Positions 1 to 8,693 of a stretch of 64,000 bases of DNA are shown piece by piece. The notes beneath the pieces are model-generated. The model had not been told where the DNA came from. It worked only from the letters and a program-made list of their open reading frames with translations, and did not search any database. Position 1 is the first letter of the stretch. The number at the start of each line of letters is the position of its first letter. This DNA is from a virus (lineage: Duplodnaviria > Caudoviricetes), in the IMG/VR virus record IMGVR_UViG_3300032007_000001; one strand, 5' to 3'. Both the position numbers and the translations under genes were made by a program.

Positions 1-2
1 TA

Positions 3-947
3 AAAGATTGGAAACTACATAAAGATAAGTATTTAGGAAGACCAAAGCTTCCAAAATATAAAAAGAAAAATGGATTGTGTTGTTTGACAATAACAAATCA
101 AGAATGTAGAATAAAAGATAAAAAAATAACATTTCATAAATCTTTTAACGGTTTTTATCTTTTCCCTCAATTTATAAATAAACAATATGAAAAATTTAGA
201 CAAGTAAGATTTATACCAGACGGAGTAAATATAATAACTGAAATTATATATGAAACTAAAGATGTTAATTTTAAGAAAGATAATAAAAAATATGCTTCTA
301 TAGATATTGGAGTAGATAATTTAGCAACATTAACAACGAATGTAAATAATATGCCAATTATAATTAATGGAAAACCATTAAAGTCAATTAATCAATACTA
401 TAATAAAAAATTAGCATATGTGAAAAAAGTATGCAAACAAATGAATAATAAACATTCTTCTAAAAGAATACAAAAATTAACTAACAAAAGAAATTGGAAA
501 ACAAATGATTATATGCACAAAGCGAGTAGAAAAATAGTAAATGAATGTATAAAAAATGATATAACTACATTAGTAATTGGGCATAATAAAGAATGGAAAA
601 ATAAATGTAAATTGTCAAAAAAAGTAAATCAGAATTTTATTATGATTCCATTTAATAATCTTATTCAAAAAATACAGTACAAAGCAAAAGAAGAAGGTAT
701 AACGGTCATCTTAACTGAAGAAAGTTATACGAGCGGTACATCTTTTTTGGATAATGAATTACCTATTAAAGAGAATTATGATAAAAAAAGAAGAATAAAA
801 AGAGGATTATTTAAGTCTAACAAAAATAAATTGATTAATGCAGATGTAAATGCTTCTTTTCAAATTCTTAAGAAAGTAGTTCCAAATGCTTATAGCTATG
901 GAATAGAGGATGTTGTGGTACATCCATTTGTAGTAAATGTAGCTTAA
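3..947 (+). CDS. tnpB: RNA-guided endonuclease TnpB (IS200/IS605 OrfB family), 5'-truncated by the window edge
   Basis: The frame is open from base 3 (KDWKLHKDKYLGRPKLPKYKKK). It contains RuvC-I IDIGVDNLAT, DYMHKASRKIV, LVIGHNKEWK, EESYTSGTSFLD and RuvC-III NADVNASFQIL. Confidence 0.93.
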   Translation, partial: KDWKLHKDKYLGRPKLPKYKKKNGLCCLTITNQECRIKDKKITFHKSFNGFYLFPQFINKQYEKFRQVRFIPDGVNIITEIIYETKDVNFKKDNKKYASIDIGVDNLATLTTNVNNMPIIINGKPLKSINQYYNKKLAYVKKVCKQMNNKHSSKRIQKLTNKRNWKTNDYMHKASRKIVNECIKNDITTLVIGHNKEWKNKCKLSKKVNQNFIMIPFNNLIQKIQYKAKEEGITVILTEESYTSGTSFLDNELPIKENYDKKRRIKRGLFKSNKNKLINADVNASFQILKKVVPNAYSYGIEDVVVHPFVVNVA

Positions 948-985
948 TGCTACATTGAACAACAAAAGAAAATATAATTTTTAAT
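880..985 (+). ncRNA. Putative TnpB omega-RNA 3' part / element right end
   Basis: Two hairpins overlap the tnpB 3' end: GGATGT-tgtggt-ACATCC (~908-925) and AATGTAGC-ttaat-GCTACATT (~936-956), followed by GAAC. The omega-RNA position at the tnpB 3' end is established for this family; the exact limits are inferred. Confidence 0.5.
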
Positions 986-1003
986 TTCTTAAATTAATTT
1001 TAA

Positions 1004-1258
1004 TATTTTCTATATCATAAAAATAATATATACAAAATTATAAAATCAACCGATGATACACCATTAAACTAATGCGGAATTCTTAACAAGCGTGTATCAG
1101 AAGAAGAATTTGATAAATTTTATGCTGACGTACATTGCATTTTTTCAAAAAACAAAAAACTTATTAAAGATAAACTAAAAGAAGCATTTGATAAAGAAAT
1201 AGATAAATTAGAAAAACAATTAAAAGAATTAAAGAAAGTAAAAGAGACTATCAAATGA
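1004..1258 (+). pseudogene. 3' remnant of a small coiled-coil gene
   Basis: One frame reads YFLYHKNNIYKIIKSTDDTPLN*CGILNKRVSEEEFDKF...LKELKKVKETIK*. It has no start codon or SD, has an internal TAA at 1070-1072, and ends in a terminator. Confidence 0.5.
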
Positions 1259-1267
1259 TAGTCTCTT
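1242..1267. terminator. Bidirectional intrinsic terminator
   Basis: AAGAGACTATC-aaat-GATAGTCTCTT between convergent genes. Confidence 0.8.
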
Positions 1268-1757
1268 ATTTTTTATTTTGTTCTTCTAATTTTTCTTCTA
1301 ATGCATTTTTTACTTCTTCGAATTTTTTCCATCCACCGTATTGAACAACATTTCCATTTTCTAAAACCAGCGTTGTTGACAAAATATCCTTAAAATCAAG
1401 AAATCTATCATAATCTCTTATTTGAATATCAAAATTTTTGGAATTAACATTTCCATTATTATCAATTTCAACTGTTAAAATTGCAACGCAAAATTTTTTA
1501 CCTTCTTTTTCTATTTTTCTAAACGTATGAATTTCTGTTAAATAGATTAGTGGATTAAAAATAACGTCATCATTTGTTTTTTGATATCCAAATTCTCCAG
1601 CAACGCCAACGTTATCAACCTTGTCAAAATTGTTTATTCTTTTCCATTCTTTTTCATTAAATAAATATGGTGCCCTCGTTTTTATTAATCTTTCTACAGT
1701 ATCATTGGATAAAATAGAAATTGATGGCGATAAGGCTTTTTTAATTAAATGTGTCAT
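1266..1757 (-). CDS. Hypothetical protein
   Basis: 163-aa ORF directly downstream of 1763..2203 on the same strand. Confidence 0.75.
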   Translation of the reverse strand: MTHLIKKALSPSISILSNDTVERLIKTRAPYLFNEKEWKRINNFDKVDNVGVAGEFGYQKTNDDVIFNPLIYLTEIHTFRKIEKEGKKFCVAILTVEIDNNGNVNSKNFDIQIRDYDRFLDFKDILSTTLVLENGNVVQYGGWKKFEEVKNALEEKLEEQNKK

Positions 1758-1762
1758 GTTAT

Positions 1763-2203
1763 TTACCTTATATTCAAATTATATTTTTTATTCCATTCGT
1801 TATATAAATTTTTTTTATACCAAATCGTAACAACTTTATAATAAATTAAATGATGTTCGTCTTCTGTATCATTTTCAGAATATATATAAATTGCTATATG
1901 ATTTTCATTTTCCTCAATGAATTTTACTCCAGGTTTTCCTTTTTTCATTTTTATAGATAAAATTTTAGAAATATTGTTTTCATTAATTTCATCTTTACTT
2001 AAAATAGTATGTCCATTTACATTTATATATAAAAACCAAATTCCACACATTGACATAAAATCATTGCGAGAAGAATCATCGCTTACAATCAATACATCTT
2101 TATCTACATTTTTTGAAATATAAAAAAACAAATCTAATACTGCCTTTGTCATTTCTTTTTTATATATATTTAAGTTTTTTATTATTTCATTATCTTTTTT
2201 CAT
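1763..2203 (-). CDS. Hypothetical protein (probable early gene)
   Basis: 146-aa ORF with SD GAGGTGA and a sigma-A-type promoter upstream. Confidence 0.8.
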   Translation of the reverse strand: MKKDNEIIKNLNIYKKEMTKAVLDLFFYISKNVDKDVLIVSDDSSRNDFMSMCGIWFLYINVNGHTILSKDEINENNISKILSIKMKKGKPGVKFIEENENHIAIYIYSENDTEDEHHLIYYKVVTIWYKKNLYNEWNKKYNLNIR

Positions 2204-2223
2204 CTATCTCACCTCTTTATCAT

Positions 2224-2252
2224 ATTTTATCATAAAAATAAAGAAATGTAAA
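2224..2252 (-). promoter_or_regulatory. Sigma-A/70-type early promoter
   Basis: TTTACA-17 nt-TAAAAT with a TG extension, preceded by CTA. Confidence 0.7.
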
Positions 2253-2273
2253 TAGCTTTTATTCTTTTTATAA

Positions 2274-2304
2274 AAAAAGAAGAGTAATAAAAACTCTTCT
2301 TTTT
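2274..2304 (-). terminator. Terminator ending the baseplate operon
   Basis: AAAAAGAAGAGT-loop-ACTCTTCTTTTT just downstream of 2319..2969. Confidence 0.75.
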
Positions 2305-2318
2305 AATGTAAATTAATT

Positions 2319-2969
2319 TTAGAATGTTAACTTCCATCTGACGGAGATCCTGTGGTTATTGCCCTTACTAATTACAGGAAAGCGTTTGCAATTAAACATA
2401 ATCCCGCTATCTTTACCTGCGCCATTATTCCAATCAGCCTGTGCATCTCCTCCGAAAATTCCTATCTCGCTCAATGGAGCGCACGCTTCATTTTCATAGA
2501 ACGTTGTATCTAAAAGTAATACATTTGTTACTGTGTCTGTTTCGCTTTCATCTGGAGCTTGGAAACACCAACTTGTAAAACGTTTGCGATAAATTTCTCC
2601 AATTAATTTCGTTTCATCCAATGTTGGTTCTGGAGGATTAAGAATATCATAATTTGCAGTATCAACTGGATTTGTAATAGCATCGTATGGAGAATTTGGG
2701 TCCTGAAGAATACCAACACCAAGAGCTACACAAACCAACCCATTATCAAACCAGTTTCCAGCAAAAGCTTCGTCAGTACCACCAGTAATAGAACCAGGTG
2801 CCATACGACCTGCCATAAGAGTTGAAGCTGTATCTACAATTAAATTATGGTCTTGAATTTTATTTACAATTTCTCCGCCGACAATCTTACCATGAACAAG
2901 TTCTCCACCAATATGTTGATAAATAGCAAGTTCGCCGTGAATAGGCTTAAATGTTTCAGAAAAAATCAA
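2319..2969 (-). CDS. Baseplate / tail-fibre attachment protein
   Basis: HNLIVD start motif and the EIGIFGG...FPVISK...VRWKLTF end pattern typical of fibre-anchoring domains; last gene of the baseplate operon; TTG start with SD. Confidence 0.6.
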   Translation of the reverse strand: MIFSETFKPIHGELAIYQHIGGELVHGKIVGGEIVNKIQDHNLIVDTASTLMAGRMAPGSITGGTDEAFAGNWFDNGLVCVALGVGILQDPNSPYDAITNPVDTANYDILNPPEPTLDETKLIGEIYRKRFTSWCFQAPDESETDTVTNVLLLDTTFYENEACAPLSEIGIFGGDAQADWNNGAGKDSGIMFNCKRFPVISKGNNHRISVRWKLTF

Positions 2970-2983
2970 TGTTATCTCTCCTT

Positions 2984-4972
2984 TTATGCAATCTTATCAA
3001 TATTTAATAACTTCTTAACATCAATGGTATCATATAATTCATTATATGACATCTCATCAAATATAAGACATTGTATATGAACATCTTCTTCATTCGTACC
3101 AGTATTATATACAGTTACTTGATTGTCGTCTTCTGTATTGGCATAAACGTCTCCAATCACACCATCTTCAATTGTTGCTTTAGATGTTATAAATGGAGTT
3201 CCAAGAAGTAACGTATATGCATCTCCAAATGAAATTGATTCTTGTTGAACACCAGTAAGACCATTTAATACCATTGTAAATAATTCAACGTTTTGAATAT
3301 CAGTATTATATGTATCTATAACGACCCATGTAAATTCATTGCCAATCGTTGAAGTTACTTCACCAGAATCATCTGTTGTTAAACCAGTATTGTAAACTAT
3401 AAAACCGTTTGTTTTTGTTTTGATATAAATTTCACCATTTCTACCATTTGTATTCTCGTTTGGACAAATATAAATGAAATGTCTATTTACATCCAAATCA
3501 AAACCAAGATTGATTTCAGTTCCTTCTAAGCCATTGAATAAATCTTTGTCAGAAATGACTTTATTCTTTTCAATTCCAACGGCTGTAAGATGCATTTTCA
3601 AGCCTTTTGCACCAGTATTATGGATAACAAAGTATTTATTTTCTTTCGTTACAAATAAGTCGCCAATTTGGCCAAGATTTTCGCTATCATAATCAACAAC
3701 AGTTGGTATAACAACATAATCTTTTTTCATTAAATCCCAACCGACAAAATACTTGTTTTTGCGATATACAACGGCAATATCGTCTTCTGTTTCTGTGATA
3801 TAACCGCCTGATGTAATACCGTTCTGTCTGAAAGAATTTATTCCATAAATTTCTTCATCATGAATAGAAGGGATTGAATAACCAATATTTTGTAAAATAT
3901 AATTTGCACTTTCTATATCATGCGATAAACGATTTATCTTGTTCTTGAGATGTGTTTGATATTTATATAAATCTCTTAATGTAAGATAAATTTTATTATA
4001 TTGCTCTTCACCAAGCGCAGCCAAATGACGAAGGTCAACGATTTGGTCATGATATATAATATTTGAATATTTTTCATCTGGTCTATCTGCTGGTTCTCCG
4101 CCGTCTACATAATCAATGCCACCAAATGGATTATTGACTGCATCAAAACCAGAATTATTGATACGCTTTATGCAGAAAAGAGGAATTGCGTAAATATATC
4201 CATCAAAACTATGAATTTTGGATGTATCTCCGTCGCCAGTTCTATATAAGAATGGGTCATGTTCTGTAGCTGTAAAATAATATTCTTTTCTTATATAGCC
4301 ACCTGAAGCAGACGGATGAATATCTGTATTTGGTGTACCATCATCATCTACAAATCCATTTTCGCATTTACCATCATAATCCTCATGAGTAGACATTTTC
4401 CACTTCAATTGAATTCTTCTTGAAGTTTCCAAATCTATTCTTTCGTCAATGATATGATAGTCCAATGCATCATTTAAGTCATTGCCATAAGCTCTAACAA
4501 TGTCATCATTTTTTAATTCTTCAAACCAGAATTCTATAAAAACAAAATCATTTCTTGTTCCAGCTACAGGAGGATTAGGAAGTCTTACTATCCCATTTTT
4601 TAATTCTTTTCCTCTATAAGCATAGATATGTACTATATTCCCGTCCATAACTACACTAAATGGAGGCATTTCAAAAGCATTCAAATGTGCTTCATCATTA
4701 TTGAAAACTTGAAAACATTTACTTCTATTGTGTTCATCATTTTCGTCGTCTTCTTCAGTATTAACGGTAAGCACACCGGATTTAGTCATACTTCTTATTA
4801 ATTCTGAAACCTGTTCTGTTTGGAGCCATTGCATTTCGTTCAGTTCTCTTTCTGGAACGTATGCATTTGACCCCCAATTCAACGTCTTAAATCGCGACTT
4901 TTCAGTATAACGTCCTCTTGGATTTTCGTTAAAAGTAGGCGCAATTTTTTCAATACTTGCCAAAAATATCAC
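2984..4972 (-). CDS. Baseplate/fibre protein with DUF4815-like N-terminus and three C-terminal beta repeats
   Basis: ERELNEMQ motif; repeats GQIGDLFV..VIHNTG, GRNGEIYI..IVYNTG and GVIGDVYA..TVYNTG. Confidence 0.6.
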   Translation of the reverse strand: MIFLASIEKIAPTFNENPRGRYTEKSRFKTLNWGSNAYVPERELNEMQWLQTEQVSELIRSMTKSGVLTVNTEEDDENDEHNRSKCFQVFNNDEAHLNAFEMPPFSVVMDGNIVHIYAYRGKELKNGIVRLPNPPVAGTRNDFVFIEFWFEELKNDDIVRAYGNDLNDALDYHIIDERIDLETSRRIQLKWKMSTHEDYDGKCENGFVDDDGTPNTDIHPSASGGYIRKEYYFTATEHDPFLYRTGDGDTSKIHSFDGYIYAIPLFCIKRINNSGFDAVNNPFGGIDYVDGGEPADRPDEKYSNIIYHDQIVDLRHLAALGEEQYNKIYLTLRDLYKYQTHLKNKINRLSHDIESANYILQNIGYSIPSIHDEEIYGINSFRQNGITSGGYITETEDDIAVVYRKNKYFVGWDLMKKDYVVIPTVVDYDSENLGQIGDLFVTKENKYFVIHNTGAKGLKMHLTAVGIEKNKVISDKDLFNGLEGTEINLGFDLDVNRHFIYICPNENTNGRNGEIYIKTKTNGFIVYNTGLTTDDSGEVTSTIGNEFTWVVIDTYNTDIQNVELFTMVLNGLTGVQQESISFGDAYTLLLGTPFITSKATIEDGVIGDVYANTEDDNQVTVYNTGTNEEDVHIQCLIFDEMSYNELYDTIDVKKLLNIDKIA

Positions 4973-5634
4973 TCCTTCAAGAGTAATTGATAATCATATA
5001 AAACATTAGTTTCATTTGATACATTCTTAATCTTTAAGTAAAGAGTGTCTCCTTTTATTGTAAAAGAATTTCCTTTCTTAAAGTTTTTATTATCAAAACT
5101 ATAATGTATCGTTACATCATTCTGCGTATGTGTATTAACAACACATTTTTTATAGTTTTTCTTAAGATTTATGGGAAGAAGAGAAATAACAGAATCTTTT
5201 CTTAAAGTAATTGAATTGACTCCAGAATCGAAATTGTTGCTTTCTTCTATATCCATAAACTTAAATAAATTAAATTCATACATTAAGCACTCATTATATC
5301 CATCTTCCAATAATTGGTTTTTCTTTAACATCATAACATCCATTAAAGAAAATTTTTCAGGATAACGAGCATAATCGTATGTTTGAATATAATTTTTTTC
5401 TTCTATTAGTGGTTTCCCAAGTTCATTTGTAGAAACAACGCCATTTTTATCAATATACAATTGATTACCAGAAGAATCTTTAACAGAAATATTTTCTTTT
5501 ATAGTTTCTTCTTTTTTTAATGCATCAATATCTTCTACATATACTCCGAGTGTGAATTCAGGAGCATATTCACTACATCCTATTGATAATGCATTAATAT
5601 CTTGAGGATTGCTCATTTCGAACAAGATATACAT
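4969..5634 (-). CDS. Hypothetical structural protein
   Basis: 221-aa ORF translationally coupled to both neighbours in the baseplate operon. Confidence 0.7.
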   Translation of the reverse strand: MYILFEMSNPQDINALSIGCSEYAPEFTLGVYVEDIDALKKEETIKENISVKDSSGNQLYIDKNGVVSTNELGKPLIEEKNYIQTYDYARYPEKFSLMDVMMLKKNQLLEDGYNECLMYEFNLFKFMDIEESNNFDSGVNSITLRKDSVISLLPINLKKNYKKCVVNTHTQNDVTIHYSFDNKNFKKGNSFTIKGDTLYLKIKNVSNETNVLYDYQLLLKE

Positions 5635-8600
5635 TAAATTGAAACCTCCTGAATTATATTTTCTACTCCAGAATCTATTGTAAACAATTTAATTGAACAT
5701 GATTCTTTTACTTTCGTTTCAATTGAAGTTGTATATGTATTTGTTGTAGATAAATTCGTTCTTAACAAATGATTATGGAATTTATATTTGAAATCTTCTT
5801 CTTCAAATGTTCGTTCTGTTTCAAATGAAGTTAGTTCATCTGTTTTATGAACGTATGTATCTTCAAAAATAGAAGTTGGAATATTGATTATACATTCATC
5901 ATTTTTTGGAACATATTTCTCTTCTTCAAAAGGCATTTGCATATCAAAACGCATATAATCATCATCCATGCGTTCTTGAAATGCTGTTTTGAAAGTATTC
6001 AAATGAGTATTGTTATTTCCAAATGTATGTAAAACATGAGGCCCAACGCGATATTTGAATTTTACTTCTTCAAAGAAAATACTTGAATTCCAAGATTTTT
6101 CATCAATTGGTGGTTCAAATTTATCTTCATTCAATTGGAAAGATGTATGGAAAAATACTTCATCATTTTTAAGTATATATTTATCTTCTTCATACTTAAT
6201 CCAACTTTCATAATGGTCGGAATCTGTTATGGCATACATAAAGCCGGTAACAAAATTATTATCATTATTTGTTCCATATGTTTTTCCAAGATTTGTAATC
6301 AATGTATTTGAAATATATGGTCTTATCCCATATTTATTTTCAGTCATTAACAACAAAGAATGAAAATCTACATTTTCTTTTATTTCTCTTTCATAGTTTT
6401 CTTCATAAAAAGCATTTATATGAAATAGTTCATCTTCACCTTGCAATGAATATTTTACATCTTCAGTAATAAAACTATGAACGTAATCAATATCATGCAA
6501 TGTATATTTGGGACCAATTACGTGAGCTGAATTTAAGTCATGTTTATTTGGATTGAATACCAAATCATAATTATTTGCTTTCCAACCATATTTATTTGTT
6601 TCTTCAAAGAAAAGTAATTTCCAATCTTCTACATCGCTATCTTTCCATGGAATTCCATATTTATTTTCGTACCAATCACCATAATCTTCTTTACCGACTA
6701 ATACGACCATAATTATAGGAATTGTATGCGCTGGTCTAACTATATCGGTTACTAATCTTATGTCATCATATAATTTTTCTGTATCAATTGTAGATTCCAA
6801 ATCTTTTTCAACTTCAACAACAAAACTATATTGATTTTCATAGTGCATTTCTTTTGTCATACCATAGTGTTTATAATCCTTAAACAACTCATAGATATGA
6901 ACATCAAATGTTGTAAATGTTTTTAATGCTTTTTCAATGCTTGATTTCGTTGCACCTTTTAATAATGATTCTATTAAAGCAGACACAACTGTACGATATT
7001 GTTCTTCTGACCAATCTTTTCTCCATGGCAATTTAAGCATTGCGCCAAAATTGTTATATATCGCATCGCCATGAGCTGTTTTAAGATACATGTTGTCTTC
7101 CAATATTTGACGTTCATATTCTGTATCTCCAAGTTCAACAGCTAATGAGTGAACCAACTTTGGAAAATTGGTACCATCATAAACATCTTTTGTATAGTCA
7201 TCTGAAATCAATTCCATTATTTCTTTAGCATAATGAGAATATAATTCCATTCGTTTTTGCGCTTCTTTTAATACTGATTCATCAACATGTACTTCTAAAG
7301 AAACGGCTTCTTCTACAAAAACAAAATCATATTGCTGGAATGTTATATCTAATGGGTTTTGTAATACCCCATGCATTCCATCAGGTAAGTAATACTCTCT
7401 ATTTACCGCTGGCTTTAATGTAACTGTTGTATATGATGGATTTTTTGTTAATACTTGACGTTCGTGAGCCGGAAATATAACTGTACATAGCATTGTTTTT
7501 TCTCTATTCATTAACATAACGCTATGTAAGTCATCACTCATAACAAAAGGACGTTTGTTATTTAAGTTATATGTATTATCAGCTAATTGTGTATAATCTT
7601 CTAATTTTGTTAAAAGAAATTTATATTGGTCATACGCTGGTTTTGTTGTATTACCCAAGAAATAGTATAACAAACCATAAACGTTCTTTACAGCATCTAC
7701 ATCTTCTGGGTCAAAAAATTCATCTACTAATTGTGTTTTGAATGGGATAACGTTTGCTTTATAAGCGTTTATTATTTCTCTTAAATCTCTAAACGCTTGT
7801 AATTGCAAATCATTATAATTTCCACTTTCTGCATAATGGCCTTGATATGTAGAAAGATATTCTACATCAAAAATCAAATTATTTCTTTGGGCTTGTGAAA
7901 CTAGCCCTTTTTTCATTCTTTCAATGACATCAGTATAAATATTATAATTCATGCTATCCAAGTTTTGTTTACCTTGAAAAGCAAAAAAATCTATATATTC
8001 AAGAAAACCAGATGGACCAATATCATCATCATTTTCATCTACACCATAATATTCACCAGTAGCTGTTGCCAACCAACCGTTATGGAACGTTTCTCCATCA
8101 ACTATATATTCACTATTAACGTAATCACTTACGCCAAGACAAATACCAGGTCCACCGATTTGAATATCATTATATTTTGTATGTATGATTTCATAAATAT
8201 ATTTAATTAATTGTACATACAAATATGGTGGACATTTCATGACACCGGATTCATCTCTTGATTCAGGTTCTGTCATGATTTGCCAACGCTTTACCCATGG
8301 GTATGTATTGATTACATTAACAGCATATTGAGCATAAGAATTGACATTCAAATCAGTTACAGCCGTTGGAAATTCTATCTCCAAAATAAGATTTAAGTTA
8401 TATTCACCACATAATTGATGATACGTGTCCATTCGTTTTTCCATTGGCCACAAATCACCATTTATGCCAGAATTTCCTACATATAATTGATTGTTTGCAT
8501 TTTTATTGATTTGAATTGTGTCTATTACATCTGTAAATTTTAACTTATTGATATGAATAAATAAATCATTTAACTTTTGTTGTATTGCTTCTTCGCCAGT

Positions 8601-8678
8601 TAAATTTTTATATATCCAAACCTCGCCAAGAAGTGGGTCACCATTTTTCAAGCAGGTTAATCTTATACCTGTTCTCAT
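5634..8678 (-). CDS. Baseplate wedge protein (P2 gpI-like core) with N-terminal glycoside-hydrolase-like barrel and C-terminal repeats
   Basis: The core AIYNNFGAML..R..WSEEQYR...KGATK...IVRPAHT follows baseplate J. The N-terminus has WQIMTEPE, IGGPG and IDFFAF. Confidence 0.65.
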   Translation of the reverse strand: MRTGIRLTCLKNGDPLLGEVWIYKNLTGEEAIQQKLNDLFIHINKLKFTDVIDTIQINKNANNQLYVGNSGINGDLWPMEKRMDTYHQLCGEYNLNLILEIEFPTAVTDLNVNSYAQYAVNVINTYPWVKRWQIMTEPESRDESGVMKCPPYLYVQLIKYIYEIIHTKYNDIQIGGPGICLGVSDYVNSEYIVDGETFHNGWLATATGEYYGVDENDDDIGPSGFLEYIDFFAFQGKQNLDSMNYNIYTDVIERMKKGLVSQAQRNNLIFDVEYLSTYQGHYAESGNYNDLQLQAFRDLREIINAYKANVIPFKTQLVDEFFDPEDVDAVKNVYGLLYYFLGNTTKPAYDQYKFLLTKLEDYTQLADNTYNLNNKRPFVMSDDLHSVMLMNREKTMLCTVIFPAHERQVLTKNPSYTTVTLKPAVNREYYLPDGMHGVLQNPLDITFQQYDFVFVEEAVSLEVHVDESVLKEAQKRMELYSHYAKEIMELISDDYTKDVYDGTNFPKLVHSLAVELGDTEYERQILEDNMYLKTAHGDAIYNNFGAMLKLPWRKDWSEEQYRTVVSALIESLLKGATKSSIEKALKTFTTFDVHIYELFKDYKHYGMTKEMHYENQYSFVVEVEKDLESTIDTEKLYDDIRLVTDIVRPAHTIPIIMVVLVGKEDYGDWYENKYGIPWKDSDVEDWKLLFFEETNKYGWKANNYDLVFNPNKHDLNSAHVIGPKYTLHDIDYVHSFITEDVKYSLQGEDELFHINAFYEENYEREIKENVDFHSLLLMTENKYGIRPYISNTLITNLGKTYGTNNDNNFVTGFMYAITDSDHYESWIKYEEDKYILKNDEVFFHTSFQLNEDKFEPPIDEKSWNSSIFFEEVKFKYRVGPHVLHTFGNNNTHLNTFKTAFQERMDDDYMRFDMQMPFEEEKYVPKNDECIINIPTSIFEDTYVHKTDELTSFETERTFEEEDFKYKFHNHLLRTNLSTTNTYTTSIETKVKESCSIKLFTIDSGVENIIQEVSI

Positions 8679-8693
8679 TACATCACACCCGCT

